Assembly (NCBI GenBank): GCA_964647765.1 | Contig: CAZYJC010000002.1 | Span: 39,512-103,511 of the forward strand | DNA length: 64,000 nt | From: an uncultured Candidatus Saccharibacteria bacterium | GTDB lineage: Bacteria; Patescibacteriota; Saccharimonadia; Saccharimonadales; UBA4665 | Direction of reading: 5' to 3' | In this document: positions 28,008 through 36,988 of the stretch, one piece after another | How the letters are laid out: each line of letters begins with the position of its first letter | How positions within the stretch are numbered: position 1 is the stretch's first letter | Notes under the pieces: model-generated | The model's database searches: none | Seen by the model: the letters and a program-made list of their open reading frames with translations, nothing else | Told to the model about the DNA's origin: nothing | Translations under genes and position numbers: made by a program

Positions 28008-28085
28008 TGGGGCGAGTGATGGGTCTCGAACCCACGGCCTTCAGTGCCACAAACTGACGCTCTAACCTACTGAGCTACACCCGCC
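28008..28085 (-). tRNA. tRNA-His (anticodon GTG), G-1 and CCA encoded
   Basis: The reverse complement reads GGCGGGTGTAGCTCAGT...TCAGT TTGTGGC ACTGA...GGTTCGAGACCC...CACTCGCCCCA. Confidence 0.9.
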
Positions 28086-28105
28086 ATAAGGGTTAAATTG
28101 TTAAA

Positions 28106-28182
28106 TGGTACCCCGGGCAGGACTCGAACCTGCAACCTACGGGTTAGAACTCCGTGACTCTATCCAATTGAGCTACCGGGGC
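28106..28182 (-). tRNA. tRNA-Arg (anticodon TCT), CCA encoded
   Basis: The reverse complement reads GCCCCGGTAGCTCAATTGGATAGAGT...GTTCTAA...GCAGGTTCGAGTCCTGCCCGGGGTACCA. The anticodon stem has one A-C mismatch next to the loop. Confidence 0.78.
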
Positions 28183-28194
28183 GTACACGTTAAG

Positions 28195-28269
28195 TGGTGC
28201 GGGTGGGGGGAATCGAACCCCCATCACCAGTTTGGAAAACTGGGATAATAACCACTATACGACACCCGC
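28195..28269 (-). tRNA. tRNA-Gly (anticodon TCC), CCA encoded
   Basis: The reverse complement reads GCGGGTG...CCAGT TTTCCAA ACTGG...GGGGGTTCGATTCCCCCCACCCGCACCA. Confidence 0.9.
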
Positions 28270-28296
28270 TACAAGAGGTGATTATAGCATATTTGA

Positions 28297-29820
28297 CTAA
28301 ATATCGTGCAGTACCGTGATCTGAGCGCCCAGGCTGTTTAAGCGCTCGGCAAGGTCTTCATAGCCACGGTTTATTGTGTAAACATTTCGAAGTACAGACG
28401 TTCCAGGTGCTGCCAACATGCCAATTAGTAGCATTACTGCAGGACGGATGCCGCTAGGGGCAACAAGATCAGCCGGTTTGAATCGGGTCGGACCCTCAAC
28501 ATAAACACGATGCGGATCTGCTAGTTCAATATGAACGCCAATTTTTTTCATCTCGGTATACATTAGTGCACGATCCTCGTAGATCCAGTCATGGATTAGT
28601 GTACGTCCATGTGCAACTGCAGCGATTGGAACAAAGTAGGGCAAATGATCAATGTTAAGGCCTGGAAAAACATTAGGATGGATTTTTTCTCCAGGCGCCT
28701 TCAATGTTCCATTATGTTTGTGAATTTTAATATCGGTTAAATCTGTGTGTCCATTATCAGCTTTGTATATCGGACTAAGGTCATACTTAAGTCCCATTTT
28801 TTCTAACTTTAATACTTCTAATTCTAGAAATTCAATTGGTGCTCGCTTAATTGTGATTGAGGAATTAGTAGTTATAGCTGCGGCTATAAATGTCATGGCT
28901 TCGACTGGATCCTCGCCGGGAGAGAAACTTACGTTTTTACGAATATTGGCAAGACCGTGAACTCGAAGAGTGCTTGATCCAATTCCATCAATTTTTACAC
29001 CCAGCTTAGTCAAATATACACAAAGGTCCTGAACCATATAGTTGGCACTTGCCATTTTTATGATTGTTTCACCAGGCGTAAGTGCGGCCGCCATTAATAT
29101 GTTTTCGGTGGTTGTATCGCCCGACTCATACAGCACGACTGACCTACTGGGTACTTTGGGCTTAGACGTAACAAGATAGTGGCCAGATTTTGTATCTACA
29201 TCTACGCCAAACTCCTCAAGACCATACAAATGAGGTAGAACTGTCCTGCGTCCTAACTCACAACCACCCGCATAAGGTATCTTGAATTGTTTAGACAGAT
29301 GCATCAGTGGACCGATAAACATTAATACACTGCGCGTTTTTCGAGCGGCATCTTTGTTTATGTTGGCGAGATCTAATTTTGCTGGTGGTTTGATTTCTAG
29401 ATCATTGTCGCCAATCCATCTTACTGACACACCAATGCTCGTAAGCACTTCGATTAACCGGTTAACCTCTTCAATTTTAGCTATATTCTTTAGCCTAGTT
29501 GTGCCCTTGTTGAGCAGACTGGCGCAGAGTAGGGCTACGGTAGCATTTTTACTAGTTTTTAAGGTAATTTCGCCCTTTAATTCGTGTCCGCCATCAATGT
29601 GTAGATTAATTGCTCCGCTGCTGATACTAATTAGCTGTTTGTGCAGTACATCACTTATGCGACCCATAGTTTCGATAGACAGGTTTTGACGTCCGTGTTC
29701 GATCCGATTGACAGCTGATTGTGAAGTGTTTAGGCGCCTAGCAAATTCAGCCTGCGTCAGGCCCTTTTCTTGTCTTACTTGAGCTATTAGCTTACCTATC
29801 TTCTGATTGGTAGTCGGCAT
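28297..29820 (-). CDS. murA: XRE-type HTH domain fused to UDP-N-acetylglucosamine 1-carboxyvinyltransferase (MurA)
   Basis: The N-terminal ~65 aa (KIGKLIAQVRQEKGLTQAEFARRLNTSQSAVNRIEHGRQNLSIETMGRISDVL) is a typical HTH_3. The rest has MurA motifs: LKGEITLKTSKNATVALLCASLL, PYAGGCELGRRTVLPH (catalytic Cys) and INRGYEDLAERLNSLGAQI. ATG 29820 is preferred over GTG 29826. Confidence 0.85.
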   Translation of the reverse strand: MPTTNQKIGKLIAQVRQEKGLTQAEFARRLNTSQSAVNRIEHGRQNLSIETMGRISDVLHKQLISISSGAINLHIDGGHELKGEITLKTSKNATVALLCASLLNKGTTRLKNIAKIEEVNRLIEVLTSIGVSVRWIGDNDLEIKPPAKLDLANINKDAARKTRSVLMFIGPLMHLSKQFKIPYAGGCELGRRTVLPHLYGLEEFGVDVDTKSGHYLVTSKPKVPSRSVVLYESGDTTTENILMAAALTPGETIIKMASANYMVQDLCVYLTKLGVKIDGIGSSTLRVHGLANIRKNVSFSPGEDPVEAMTFIAAAITTNSSITIKRAPIEFLELEVLKLEKMGLKYDLSPIYKADNGHTDLTDIKIHKHNGTLKAPGEKIHPNVFPGLNIDHLPYFVPIAAVAHGRTLIHDWIYEDRALMYTEMKKIGVHIELADPHRVYVEGPTRFKPADLVAPSGIRPAVMLLIGMLAAPGTSVLRNVYTINRGYEDLAERLNSLGAQITVLHDI

Positions 29821-29822
29821 TA

Positions 29823-29845
29823 TCACAAAATAATATCATTTGTGA
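29823..29845. promoter_or_regulatory. Perfect inverted repeat TCACAAA-N9-TTTGTGA abutting the HTH-murA start codon (candidate operator)
   Basis: The arms lie at 29823-29829 and 29839-29845, in the 95-nt divergent murA/glyA region. Confidence 0.3.
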
Positions 29846-29921
29846 CGTATTTTTCCAAATCAATATTGTTTATTCGTCAATCTGTTACAATGGAAGTATA
29901 AACGTAATTCTTGGAGAGGTA

Positions 29922-31199
29922 ATGACCGATAAAGTAGTTGCTGATTTGATTGCAAAAGAAGAAAAACGCCAGCGTGAAGGGTTAGAACTAATTCCATCTG
30001 AGAACTATGTTAGTCGCGATGTGCTTGATGCGATGGGCAGCATTTTTACCAACAAATATTCCGAAGGCTATCCCGGTAAGCGATACTACGGCGGTCAAGA
30101 GAACACTGATGTACTCGAGCAATTAGCAATTGATCGAGCCAAAAAACTCTTCAAAGCTGACCATGCAAACGTCCAGCCTCACTCAGGTGCTCCGGCAAAC
30201 GAAGTGGTCTATTTTTCCTGGCTTGAACCAGGCGATACGGTGTTGGCTATGGATCTCAGTCACGGCGGCCATTTAACTCATGGCAACCCGATGACCCGAT
30301 CGGCAAAATTGTATAACTTTATTCCTTACAAGATGAAGGATCCAGAAACTGGGGAAATCGATTATGATGAACTTAGAGAACTTGCCCGTAAGCACAAGCC
30401 AAAAATTGTTCTAGCTGGCTTTAGCGCCTATCCTCGTGAGCTTGATTACGCGAAGTTTGCCGAAATTGGCAACGAAGTCGGCGCTTTGTTAATGGCAGAT
30501 ATGGCACACATTGCCGGTTTAATTGCCGGTGGAGTTGCGAAGAATCCTTTTGATTATGGCTTCCATGTAATCACTACGACGACACATAAAACTTTAAGAG
30601 GCCCGCGCGGAGGTTTAATTCTAAGCAAAGGCACAGTTAGTACCCCATTAAGAGCTCCCGAAAAGACTCTCGAAAACATCCCAACTCTCATAGACAGAGC
30701 CGTTTTCCCTGGTATGCAAGGCGGGCCACACGAGCACATTATTGCTGCAAAAGCTGTAGCTTTTGGAGAGGCTCTAAAACCTGACTTCAAAGAATATGCT
30801 GCTCAGATAGTAAAAAATGCCAGTGCTCTCGCCGATGCCATGCAGAATCAAGGCTTTCATTTGGTGACCGGCGGCACAAGTAATCATTTGATCTTGGCTG
30901 ACGTGAATCGGAGTTTTGGTGTTGACGGCAAAATCGCAGAAGAGGCCCTAGATAAAATCGGCCTAACCTTAAACAAGAACTCAATTCCTGACGATCCGTT
31001 GCCGCCATTTAGGCCTAGCGGAATAAGGCTTGGCACCCCAGCAATTACTAGTCGCGGTTTGGTCGAAAAGGACATGTCCAAAATAGCTGATTGGATGAAA
31101 CAGGCTATCGACAACAGAGAAGACGAAGCTAAACTTAACAAGTTAAGAGAGGAAGTTAAGTCCTTCTGTCTGAAGTTTCCTCTGCCCAGCGATACATAA
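29922..31199 (+). CDS. glyA: Serine hydroxymethyltransferase
   Basis: ELIPSENYVS, the PLP site TTTTHKTLRGPRGG and GGPHEHIIAAKAV. A GGAGAGG SD lies upstream. Confidence 0.97.
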   Translation: MTDKVVADLIAKEEKRQREGLELIPSENYVSRDVLDAMGSIFTNKYSEGYPGKRYYGGQENTDVLEQLAIDRAKKLFKADHANVQPHSGAPANEVVYFSWLEPGDTVLAMDLSHGGHLTHGNPMTRSAKLYNFIPYKMKDPETGEIDYDELRELARKHKPKIVLAGFSAYPRELDYAKFAEIGNEVGALLMADMAHIAGLIAGGVAKNPFDYGFHVITTTTHKTLRGPRGGLILSKGTVSTPLRAPEKTLENIPTLIDRAVFPGMQGGPHEHIIAAKAVAFGEALKPDFKEYAAQIVKNASALADAMQNQGFHLVTGGTSNHLILADVNRSFGVDGKIAEEALDKIGLTLNKNSIPDDPLPPFRPSGIRLGTPAITSRGLVEKDMSKIADWMKQAIDNREDEAKLNKLREEVKSFCLKFPLPSDT

Positions 31200-31212
31200 T
31201 CTAACTGTCAGC

Positions 31213-32289
31213 CTAATATGCCGGCTCAGATTTAATAAATTCGTCTGGCTCTTCTGCTAGATGAGGCAATAATTCTGGCTCTTGTTTTAGTATGATATTA
31301 AATTGAGTCTTTACGGTATCGATAATTTTGTTTTTGAATTTGAGCAAATCCTCGGTAGATTTTGCATTTTTGTTAACCAAAACCAATGATTGTTGAGGCC
31401 AGGTTGACATGCCAGTTTCGGCGTCGTCATACTGATGAAATCCAGCTTGGTCCAGCAGCCACGCTGCTGATAGTTTTGTTTCGCCAATACCAACTGACCA
31501 ATGAGGTACGTCGGGATAATTTTGGCGAATATACTCAAACTCCTCATCATTGACGATGGGATTAGCAAAGAAGGATCCATTATTTCTGATGAGAGCTGGA
31601 TCTGGTAATTTAGCAGATCTTATAGCAATTACAGCTTCTCGAACTGCCTTCGGACTGTGATCGGTGATGGAGTTTTCTTCAAAATATCTTTGTAGGCCAG
31701 GGTAGTAAGGTGGCAACATCTCTCCTTTACGCAAATGTAGCGTAAGTCCCGTGATGTAAAAGCGCCCTCGGTCAATCGTGTTAAATCTACTTGTTCGGTA
31801 AGCAAATCCACACTCGCTTCCGGGAATATTAACAAACTTTTCTTCTTTACTGTCATAGGCTTCTACTACTGTAAGTGTTTGGGCAATTTCCTGGCCATAA
31901 GCACCGACATTTTGCACGGGTGTTGCGCCGGCGGTTCCCGGTATAAGGCTGAGGGCCTCAATGCCAGTCAGGCCAGACTCAACCGACCTAGCGACACACT
32001 GATCCCAGTTTTCACCGGCACCAATTGTTATATATATGTCATCTTCATCCTGTTCAAAAACCTCATAGCGCATGATTTTATTGACAATGACTAGTCCATT
32101 AAAACCTTCGTCGCGCCAAACAATGTTACTGCCACCGCCAATCATGATAATGGGTAAGCTTTGTTCTTTGGCCCAATCTATCAGTTGCGTTAATTCCGGC
32201 CGACTTGTTACTTCGGCTAAATAGGCAGCTTTGCCGCCTAACCCCATCGTAGAATGATCGGCTAAGCTGGCATTTTTGATAACATCCAT
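31213..32289 (-). CDS. murB: UDP-N-acetylenolpyruvoylglucosamine reductase
   Basis: An FAD-binding PCMH domain (MGLGGKAAYL, IGGGSNIV) and a MurB C-terminal region (GFAYRTSRF, GSFFANP, LSAAWLLDQAG). Confidence 0.9.
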   Translation of the reverse strand: MDVIKNASLADHSTMGLGGKAAYLAEVTSRPELTQLIDWAKEQSLPIIMIGGGSNIVWRDEGFNGLVIVNKIMRYEVFEQDEDDIYITIGAGENWDQCVARSVESGLTGIEALSLIPGTAGATPVQNVGAYGQEIAQTLTVVEAYDSKEEKFVNIPGSECGFAYRTSRFNTIDRGRFYITGLTLHLRKGEMLPPYYPGLQRYFEENSITDHSPKAVREAVIAIRSAKLPDPALIRNNGSFFANPIVNDEEFEYIRQNYPDVPHWSVGIGETKLSAAWLLDQAGFHQYDDAETGMSTWPQQSLVLVNKNAKSTEDLLKFKNKIIDTVKTQFNIILKQEPELLPHLAEEPDEFIKSEPAY

Positions 32290-32374
32290 GCAGTCATTAT
32301 ACAGTTTTGGACTGGTTCGTCACCGCCTATGCTTACGCTTGCATACTTGCATAATTCGGCAGTAAAATATAGCA

Positions 32375-32932
32375 ATGAGTAATGAAAAAGCACCATATCT
32401 GACGCTTGGACAACATCTCAAGTTTGTAAGAGAGCAGTCGAACGAGAGTTTATTAGAAGTGAGCGGAGCTGTTGAAATCGACGCTGAGCTATTGGAGAGG
32501 ATTGAAGCTGGACTTGAACGCCCGGCTGAAGACATCCTGCTTCTTCTGATTAGTCATTTCAATGTTGCAGACAGAGAAGCCTTACAACTTTGGGAACTGG
32601 CTGACTATGACGGAGAATTGCCAGATCAAATAAAGCCGGAGAGTCTGGAGCAGCAGCTAAACGGCAAACAGATTGTTATGCTTGTTGGAATGGATGCAAG
32701 GACAATCTATAGTGATGGGCTTGATGTAATTTGGAATCACGCTGGTGTTACTCTGAATTTCACTCAAGCGAGTGCACCTGATCAGTCAATTCCGGTTGCT
32801 CGAGTCGGAATGAGCTATGATCAGGCACACAAGGTGCTGCATACATTAGAGCAAGCTTTATTGAGAGCAAAATATCTGCCTCCTAACCACATGTTGGCCT
32901 CCGGTACTGAGAATCAAGAGCAAAAAAGTTAG
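32375..32932 (+). CDS. HTH (XRE-like) domain protein with uncharacterised C-terminal domain
   Basis: LGQHLKFVREQSNESLLEVSGAVEIDAELLERIEAGLERPAEDILLLLISHF follows the HTH_3 pattern. The C-terminal ~110 aa has no recognised family. Confidence 0.5.
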   Translation: MSNEKAPYLTLGQHLKFVREQSNESLLEVSGAVEIDAELLERIEAGLERPAEDILLLLISHFNVADREALQLWELADYDGELPDQIKPESLEQQLNGKQIVMLVGMDARTIYSDGLDVIWNHAGVTLNFTQASAPDQSIPVARVGMSYDQAHKVLHTLEQALLRAKYLPPNHMLASGTENQEQKS

Positions 32933-33097
32933 ATTTCTTACAGACCTATTCCGATTACGATAATATGCTTTACAAGTTAACTTGCTTAAAAGATCGGAAA
33001 AGGGGCTTTATGACGATCGAGCAAATGATGAAAAATTTGCATGACATGGCCAAAAATACGGCCATCGACAAACCAACACCACCTAAACAAAAAAAGG

Positions 33098-34420
33098 CTA
33101 GTTAAGTACCGGCCCTCGGCCAATACTGAAGTAGGTGAAACCTGCTTTTTTCATTTGGTCGGGCTTCCAGACATTTCGACCATCGAATATAGTTGCTTTG
33201 CTTAAATGCCTTTTTATTTCTTCTAGATCTGTTTGTTTGAATTCATCCCATTCCGTGGCTAAAACAAGCGCATCAGCACTCTCGATCACTGCGAATTTAT
33301 CATCTAAAACCTGTAAACGGTCGTGTTTGGGGAAGAATTGTTTAACATTATTGTTTGCCTCAGGGTCATAAGCTTTTACTACTGCTCCTGCATCTAGCAA
33401 ATTCTTTATTATCACAAGCGCTGGTGCTTCACGAATATCGTCTGTATTGGGCTTAAAGGCAAGCCCCCAGACTCCTATTACTTTATCTTTGATGTCGCCG
33501 TTGAAGTGATCAATTAGTTTTGTCGATAAAACATGTTGCTGCTGATCATTGATGTCAATTGCCGATTTAAGCAGCTTAAAATCATAGCCAACTTCTTCGG
33601 CCATGTGATTAAGCGCACGTATATCCTTAGGGAAGCAGCTCCCACCGCAGCCTATTCCAGGATGCAAAAACTTATGCCCGATTCTGCTATCCGAGCCAAT
33701 TGCCAACCTTAGCATATCAATATCTGCACCCATTCTCTCGGATAAGTTCGACATTTCGTTCATAAAGTTTACTTTTGTGACCAAAAAAGCATTGGCAGCG
33801 TATTTCGTTAATTCTGCCGTTACAGTGTCGGTGATGTATAGCGGCCTATCATCGCTAGTAAATGGTTTATACAACTCACTCATGATTGATCCGGCTCTTT
33901 TGCTAGAAACGCCAACCACAACTCTCTCTGGTTCCAAAAAGTCCTTAACGGCAAAACCTTCGCGCAAAAACTCTGGGTTCGACACGACGTCAAACTCGCC
34001 AGCAGCGTTTTTGGCAATTTGATCCCGAACTTTTTCGGCGGTACCTACTGGCACCGTGCTTTTATCTATAATTACGCAATATTTGTCTGGCAGAATACTT
34101 CCTAGCTGTTCGGCTACGCCAAGTACAGCGCTTAAATCAGCCGAACCATCATCTTGCGGTGGGGTTGGCAGGGCCAAAAATATTACATCAGCAGCAGCTA
34201 TACCAGTCTTGGTTTCAGTAGTGAATGTTAAATTACCTGATTTAACTGCAGCTAATAATATTTCTTCTAGGCCAGGTTCAAAAATAGGCACTTGGCCTTT
34301 TTTAAGAGAAGCAATTTTTTCGGGATTGTTATCAATACAAGTAACTTGATTGCCGACATGGGCAAGACAGGTACCTGTCACAAGTCCTACATAACCAGTA
34401 CCAATTACAGAAACCTTCAT
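33098..34420 (-). CDS. ugd: UDP-glucose 6-dehydrogenase
   Basis: MKVSVIGTGYVGLVTGTCLA Rossmann fold, the catalytic GGSCFPKD and GLAFKPNTDDIREAP. Confidence 0.92.
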   Translation of the reverse strand: MKVSVIGTGYVGLVTGTCLAHVGNQVTCIDNNPEKIASLKKGQVPIFEPGLEEILLAAVKSGNLTFTTETKTGIAAADVIFLALPTPPQDDGSADLSAVLGVAEQLGSILPDKYCVIIDKSTVPVGTAEKVRDQIAKNAAGEFDVVSNPEFLREGFAVKDFLEPERVVVGVSSKRAGSIMSELYKPFTSDDRPLYITDTVTAELTKYAANAFLVTKVNFMNEMSNLSERMGADIDMLRLAIGSDSRIGHKFLHPGIGCGGSCFPKDIRALNHMAEEVGYDFKLLKSAIDINDQQQHVLSTKLIDHFNGDIKDKVIGVWGLAFKPNTDDIREAPALVIIKNLLDAGAVVKAYDPEANNNVKQFFPKHDRLQVLDDKFAVIESADALVLATEWDEFKQTDLEEIKRHLSKATIFDGRNVWKPDQMKKAGFTYFSIGRGPVLN

Positions 34421-34535
34421 AGAGCAATATTATACACTGCCAGCTTGGTATGGGCTTATGGCTGAAATTTACAGGTGTGATATGATGTAACCAAATTTGC
34501 ATCGCTAAGACATTAGAAGTAATTACGGAGTTGGG

Positions 34536-35210
34536 ATGATTTTCGGAATAAGGAAATTTGATTTTATAGTTGCCCTGTATATTTTTGGTGTTATTACAGC
34601 GGAGTTAATGGGCGCAAAAACTTTCCCCTTAATTCAGACAAGCTGGCTGCATCTTAATGCAACTGTGGCTATCTTCATGATGCCACTACTATTTACGCTC
34701 ACGGATATAGTAGTCGAAGTTCATGGTAGAAACCGGGCAAGAAGTATGGTTTTTTCTGGCCTGGCAGTCGTAGCGATGTTGATTGTTTATTCCTGGATTG
34801 CAACGTCATTGCCACCGTCAAGCCGTTATGCTCCGACCGAGAACGCATACGATACGATTTTCAGAGCATCAATTCAGATTTCTATCGCTAGTCTCATGGC
34901 GTTTGCAATATCTGAGTTTCTAGACGTTTTAATCTTCAGCAAACTGCGTGATCGTATGGGAAAACACGGTCTATGGCTGAGGAATAATGTGTCAAATTTT
35001 GCCTCTCAATTGGTTGATTCAACGGTATTCATCGTAATTGCATTTTATGCTTTCAATGAGTCGATATCGTCAAATCTGTCCTTTATGATCGGCCTGATTA
35101 TTCCCTACTGGTTGCTGCGATGCGCATTGTCGGTAGCAGAAACTCCACTGGCTTATCTCGGCGTGTGGTGGTTGCGCGATGACGTAGATACTGATAAAAA
35201 GAAGAAATGA
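34536..35210 (+). CDS. yhhQ: Queuosine-precursor transporter (YhhQ/VUT, DUF165 family)
   Basis: A polytopic protein. FTLTDIVVEVHG and NFASQLVDSTVFIVIAF are typical of YhhQ-type transporters. Confidence 0.78.
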   Translation: MIFGIRKFDFIVALYIFGVITAELMGAKTFPLIQTSWLHLNATVAIFMMPLLFTLTDIVVEVHGRNRARSMVFSGLAVVAMLIVYSWIATSLPPSSRYAPTENAYDTIFRASIQISIASLMAFAISEFLDVLIFSKLRDRMGKHGLWLRNNVSNFASQLVDSTVFIVIAFYAFNESISSNLSFMIGLIIPYWLLRCALSVAETPLAYLGVWWLRDDVDTDKKKK

Positions 35211-35734
35211 AAACCATCCTTGCGGCTGTAATTAGCCTTGACGGCAAGATTACTAAGCACAACGAAGACGATCTACATAGTTGGGTAAGTACTGAAGACC
35301 AAGAGCACTTTAGCGGACTGGTCGACAACTCAGACGCCATAATAATTGGTCGCAAAACCTATGAGCTGATGCGAGGCAATATTGAGCACAGAGAAGGTCT
35401 GCTAAGACTTATCATAACCAGCAAGCCGGATGACTTCTCTTCAGAAACAGTTCCAGGCCAGATAGAGTTTATTAAGGCTGATCCAGCATCTATTGTCGAT
35501 TATCTAACACAGCTCAAAAAGAAGAATGTATTGATTGCTGGTGGAACCAGGATAATGACAGATTTTTTGGCAGCTGATTGCGTCGACGAACTTTATATAA
35601 CAATTGAGCCGAAAATATTTGGTAACGGGGCAGAGCTTGTTTCCGGCAGGGAACTGGACGTAGATCTTGAACTAGTTAAATCTACTTATTTGAATGACGC
35701 TGCGACCATTTTGATGCACTACAAAATTCTATAA
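35207..35734 (+). CDS. RibD C-terminal domain / dihydrofolate-reductase-like family protein
   Basis: ILAAVISLDGKIT..., IIGRKTYE and LIAGGTRIM patterns. ATGA overlap with yhhQ. Confidence 0.72.
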   Translation: MKTILAAVISLDGKITKHNEDDLHSWVSTEDQEHFSGLVDNSDAIIIGRKTYELMRGNIEHREGLLRLIITSKPDDFSSETVPGQIEFIKADPASIVDYLTQLKKKNVLIAGGTRIMTDFLAADCVDELYITIEPKIFGNGAELVSGRELDVDLELVKSTYLNDAATILMHYKIL

Positions 35735-36922
35735 TTTTAGTAGAGAGCTTCTTGTCTCACTTACGCCTGGGATTATTGTTTGCGTGTAGATGTTATAGCT
35801 GCGACCGTTAGCGGCTTGGGCGTTTTTGACAGTTTGTTCTGTTATGGCATCCTGTCTAGCTTGTATGCCCTTCAGTTTGATCTTAAGTTGCTGGAGTTTG
35901 GCTTGCTTGCTAGCTGAGGCGGTTGCGGTGTGGTGAATGCGGCTCATTGTGGCGCTTGCTTGAGCTTTTATTTCGGCAACAGCAAGTTTGTATTTTGCTG
36001 CTTCGATTTTGTCCTGAGCTCTCATTTTTGGTATCAGATAAGAATAGACTGGCAGATCGAAGATTACTGAACAGGAGGTTTCAGCAGCGGTGGTTTGAGT
36101 TGTGCTAGCTTTTAAGGTTTTTGAGTATGCATCAAGCTTCTTTTTGTATTTACTGATATCAGATTTTATCTGTTTAGGGTCCTTTTGAGTAACCGAAACA
36201 TTAATTTTATCGCGTTTGGTTAATTTATATTTTGCGCTCCTAGCCTCCGCCTTTAGATTATTGTTGGCTTTTGTTTGTCTGGCCTTAATTTTTGCGGAAA
36301 TCCCTTTATTCGAGCTATATTTTTTCTTCAAACTATTAAGAGCAGCTCTTCTCGCCTTAATTCTAGAATTGCCAAACTTTTTGATTGAAGCTAACTCGAA
36401 CTGACCCAGAGTGCTTACACATTTGTTTTTGCTAGATAATATTATTGCCAATTGTCCGGCGGTTGCTCCTGGTAGCGAGTTTGCTCCTACGCCACTATTA
36501 GAACCAGGATCACTGCCGGTGCCATCTGTCGAATCATCCGCAGGTCCACCATTATCAATACTTGCATTACTGTTCGAACCCGCGCCTGTGTTCGTGTCCT
36601 TGTCCACGCACTCAGCAACATATTCAGCATCGGTCATTGTCCCGCGATCAACAAGCCTATCAATTATTCCATTCTCGCATTGGTCTGGTCCACAGGCGTC
36701 TATAAGCTTTTGGTCGGGAAGTGCATCGTATACATCTGGGTCCAAGTCATCTAAGGCATAGCACTCTGGAGAATCGGGGTCGCCACTCTGAGCCCCTAAT
36801 ACTTTATTTGAAGTTGGCCTTGAGTTATATACACCGAAACCTAATACACCTATTACAAATGCTACTGCAATCAGAAACACTCCGATGTGTAAGTGGCCTT
36901 CTTGATGTTTGATAAATGTCAT
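35729..36922 (-). CDS. Hypothetical membrane-anchored protein: acidic Cys-containing region, Gly/Ser/Asn linker, Lys-rich coiled coil
   Basis: One N-terminal TM helix. No family was recognised. Confidence 0.5.
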   Translation of the reverse strand: MTFIKHQEGHLHIGVFLIAVAFVIGVLGFGVYNSRPTSNKVLGAQSGDPDSPECYALDDLDPDVYDALPDQKLIDACGPDQCENGIIDRLVDRGTMTDAEYVAECVDKDTNTGAGSNSNASIDNGGPADDSTDGTGSDPGSNSGVGANSLPGATAGQLAIILSSKNKCVSTLGQFELASIKKFGNSRIKARRAALNSLKKKYSSNKGISAKIKARQTKANNNLKAEARSAKYKLTKRDKINVSVTQKDPKQIKSDISKYKKKLDAYSKTLKASTTQTTAAETSCSVIFDLPVYSYLIPKMRAQDKIEAAKYKLAVAEIKAQASATMSRIHHTATASASKQAKLQQLKIKLKGIQARQDAITEQTVKNAQAANGRSYNIYTQTIIPGVSETRSSLLKL

Positions 36923-36988
36923 TTTTATTTTTAATTTAATTTAAATTTCACATCAAGCATAAGCTCAATTACATTTAAAGTCAAACTT

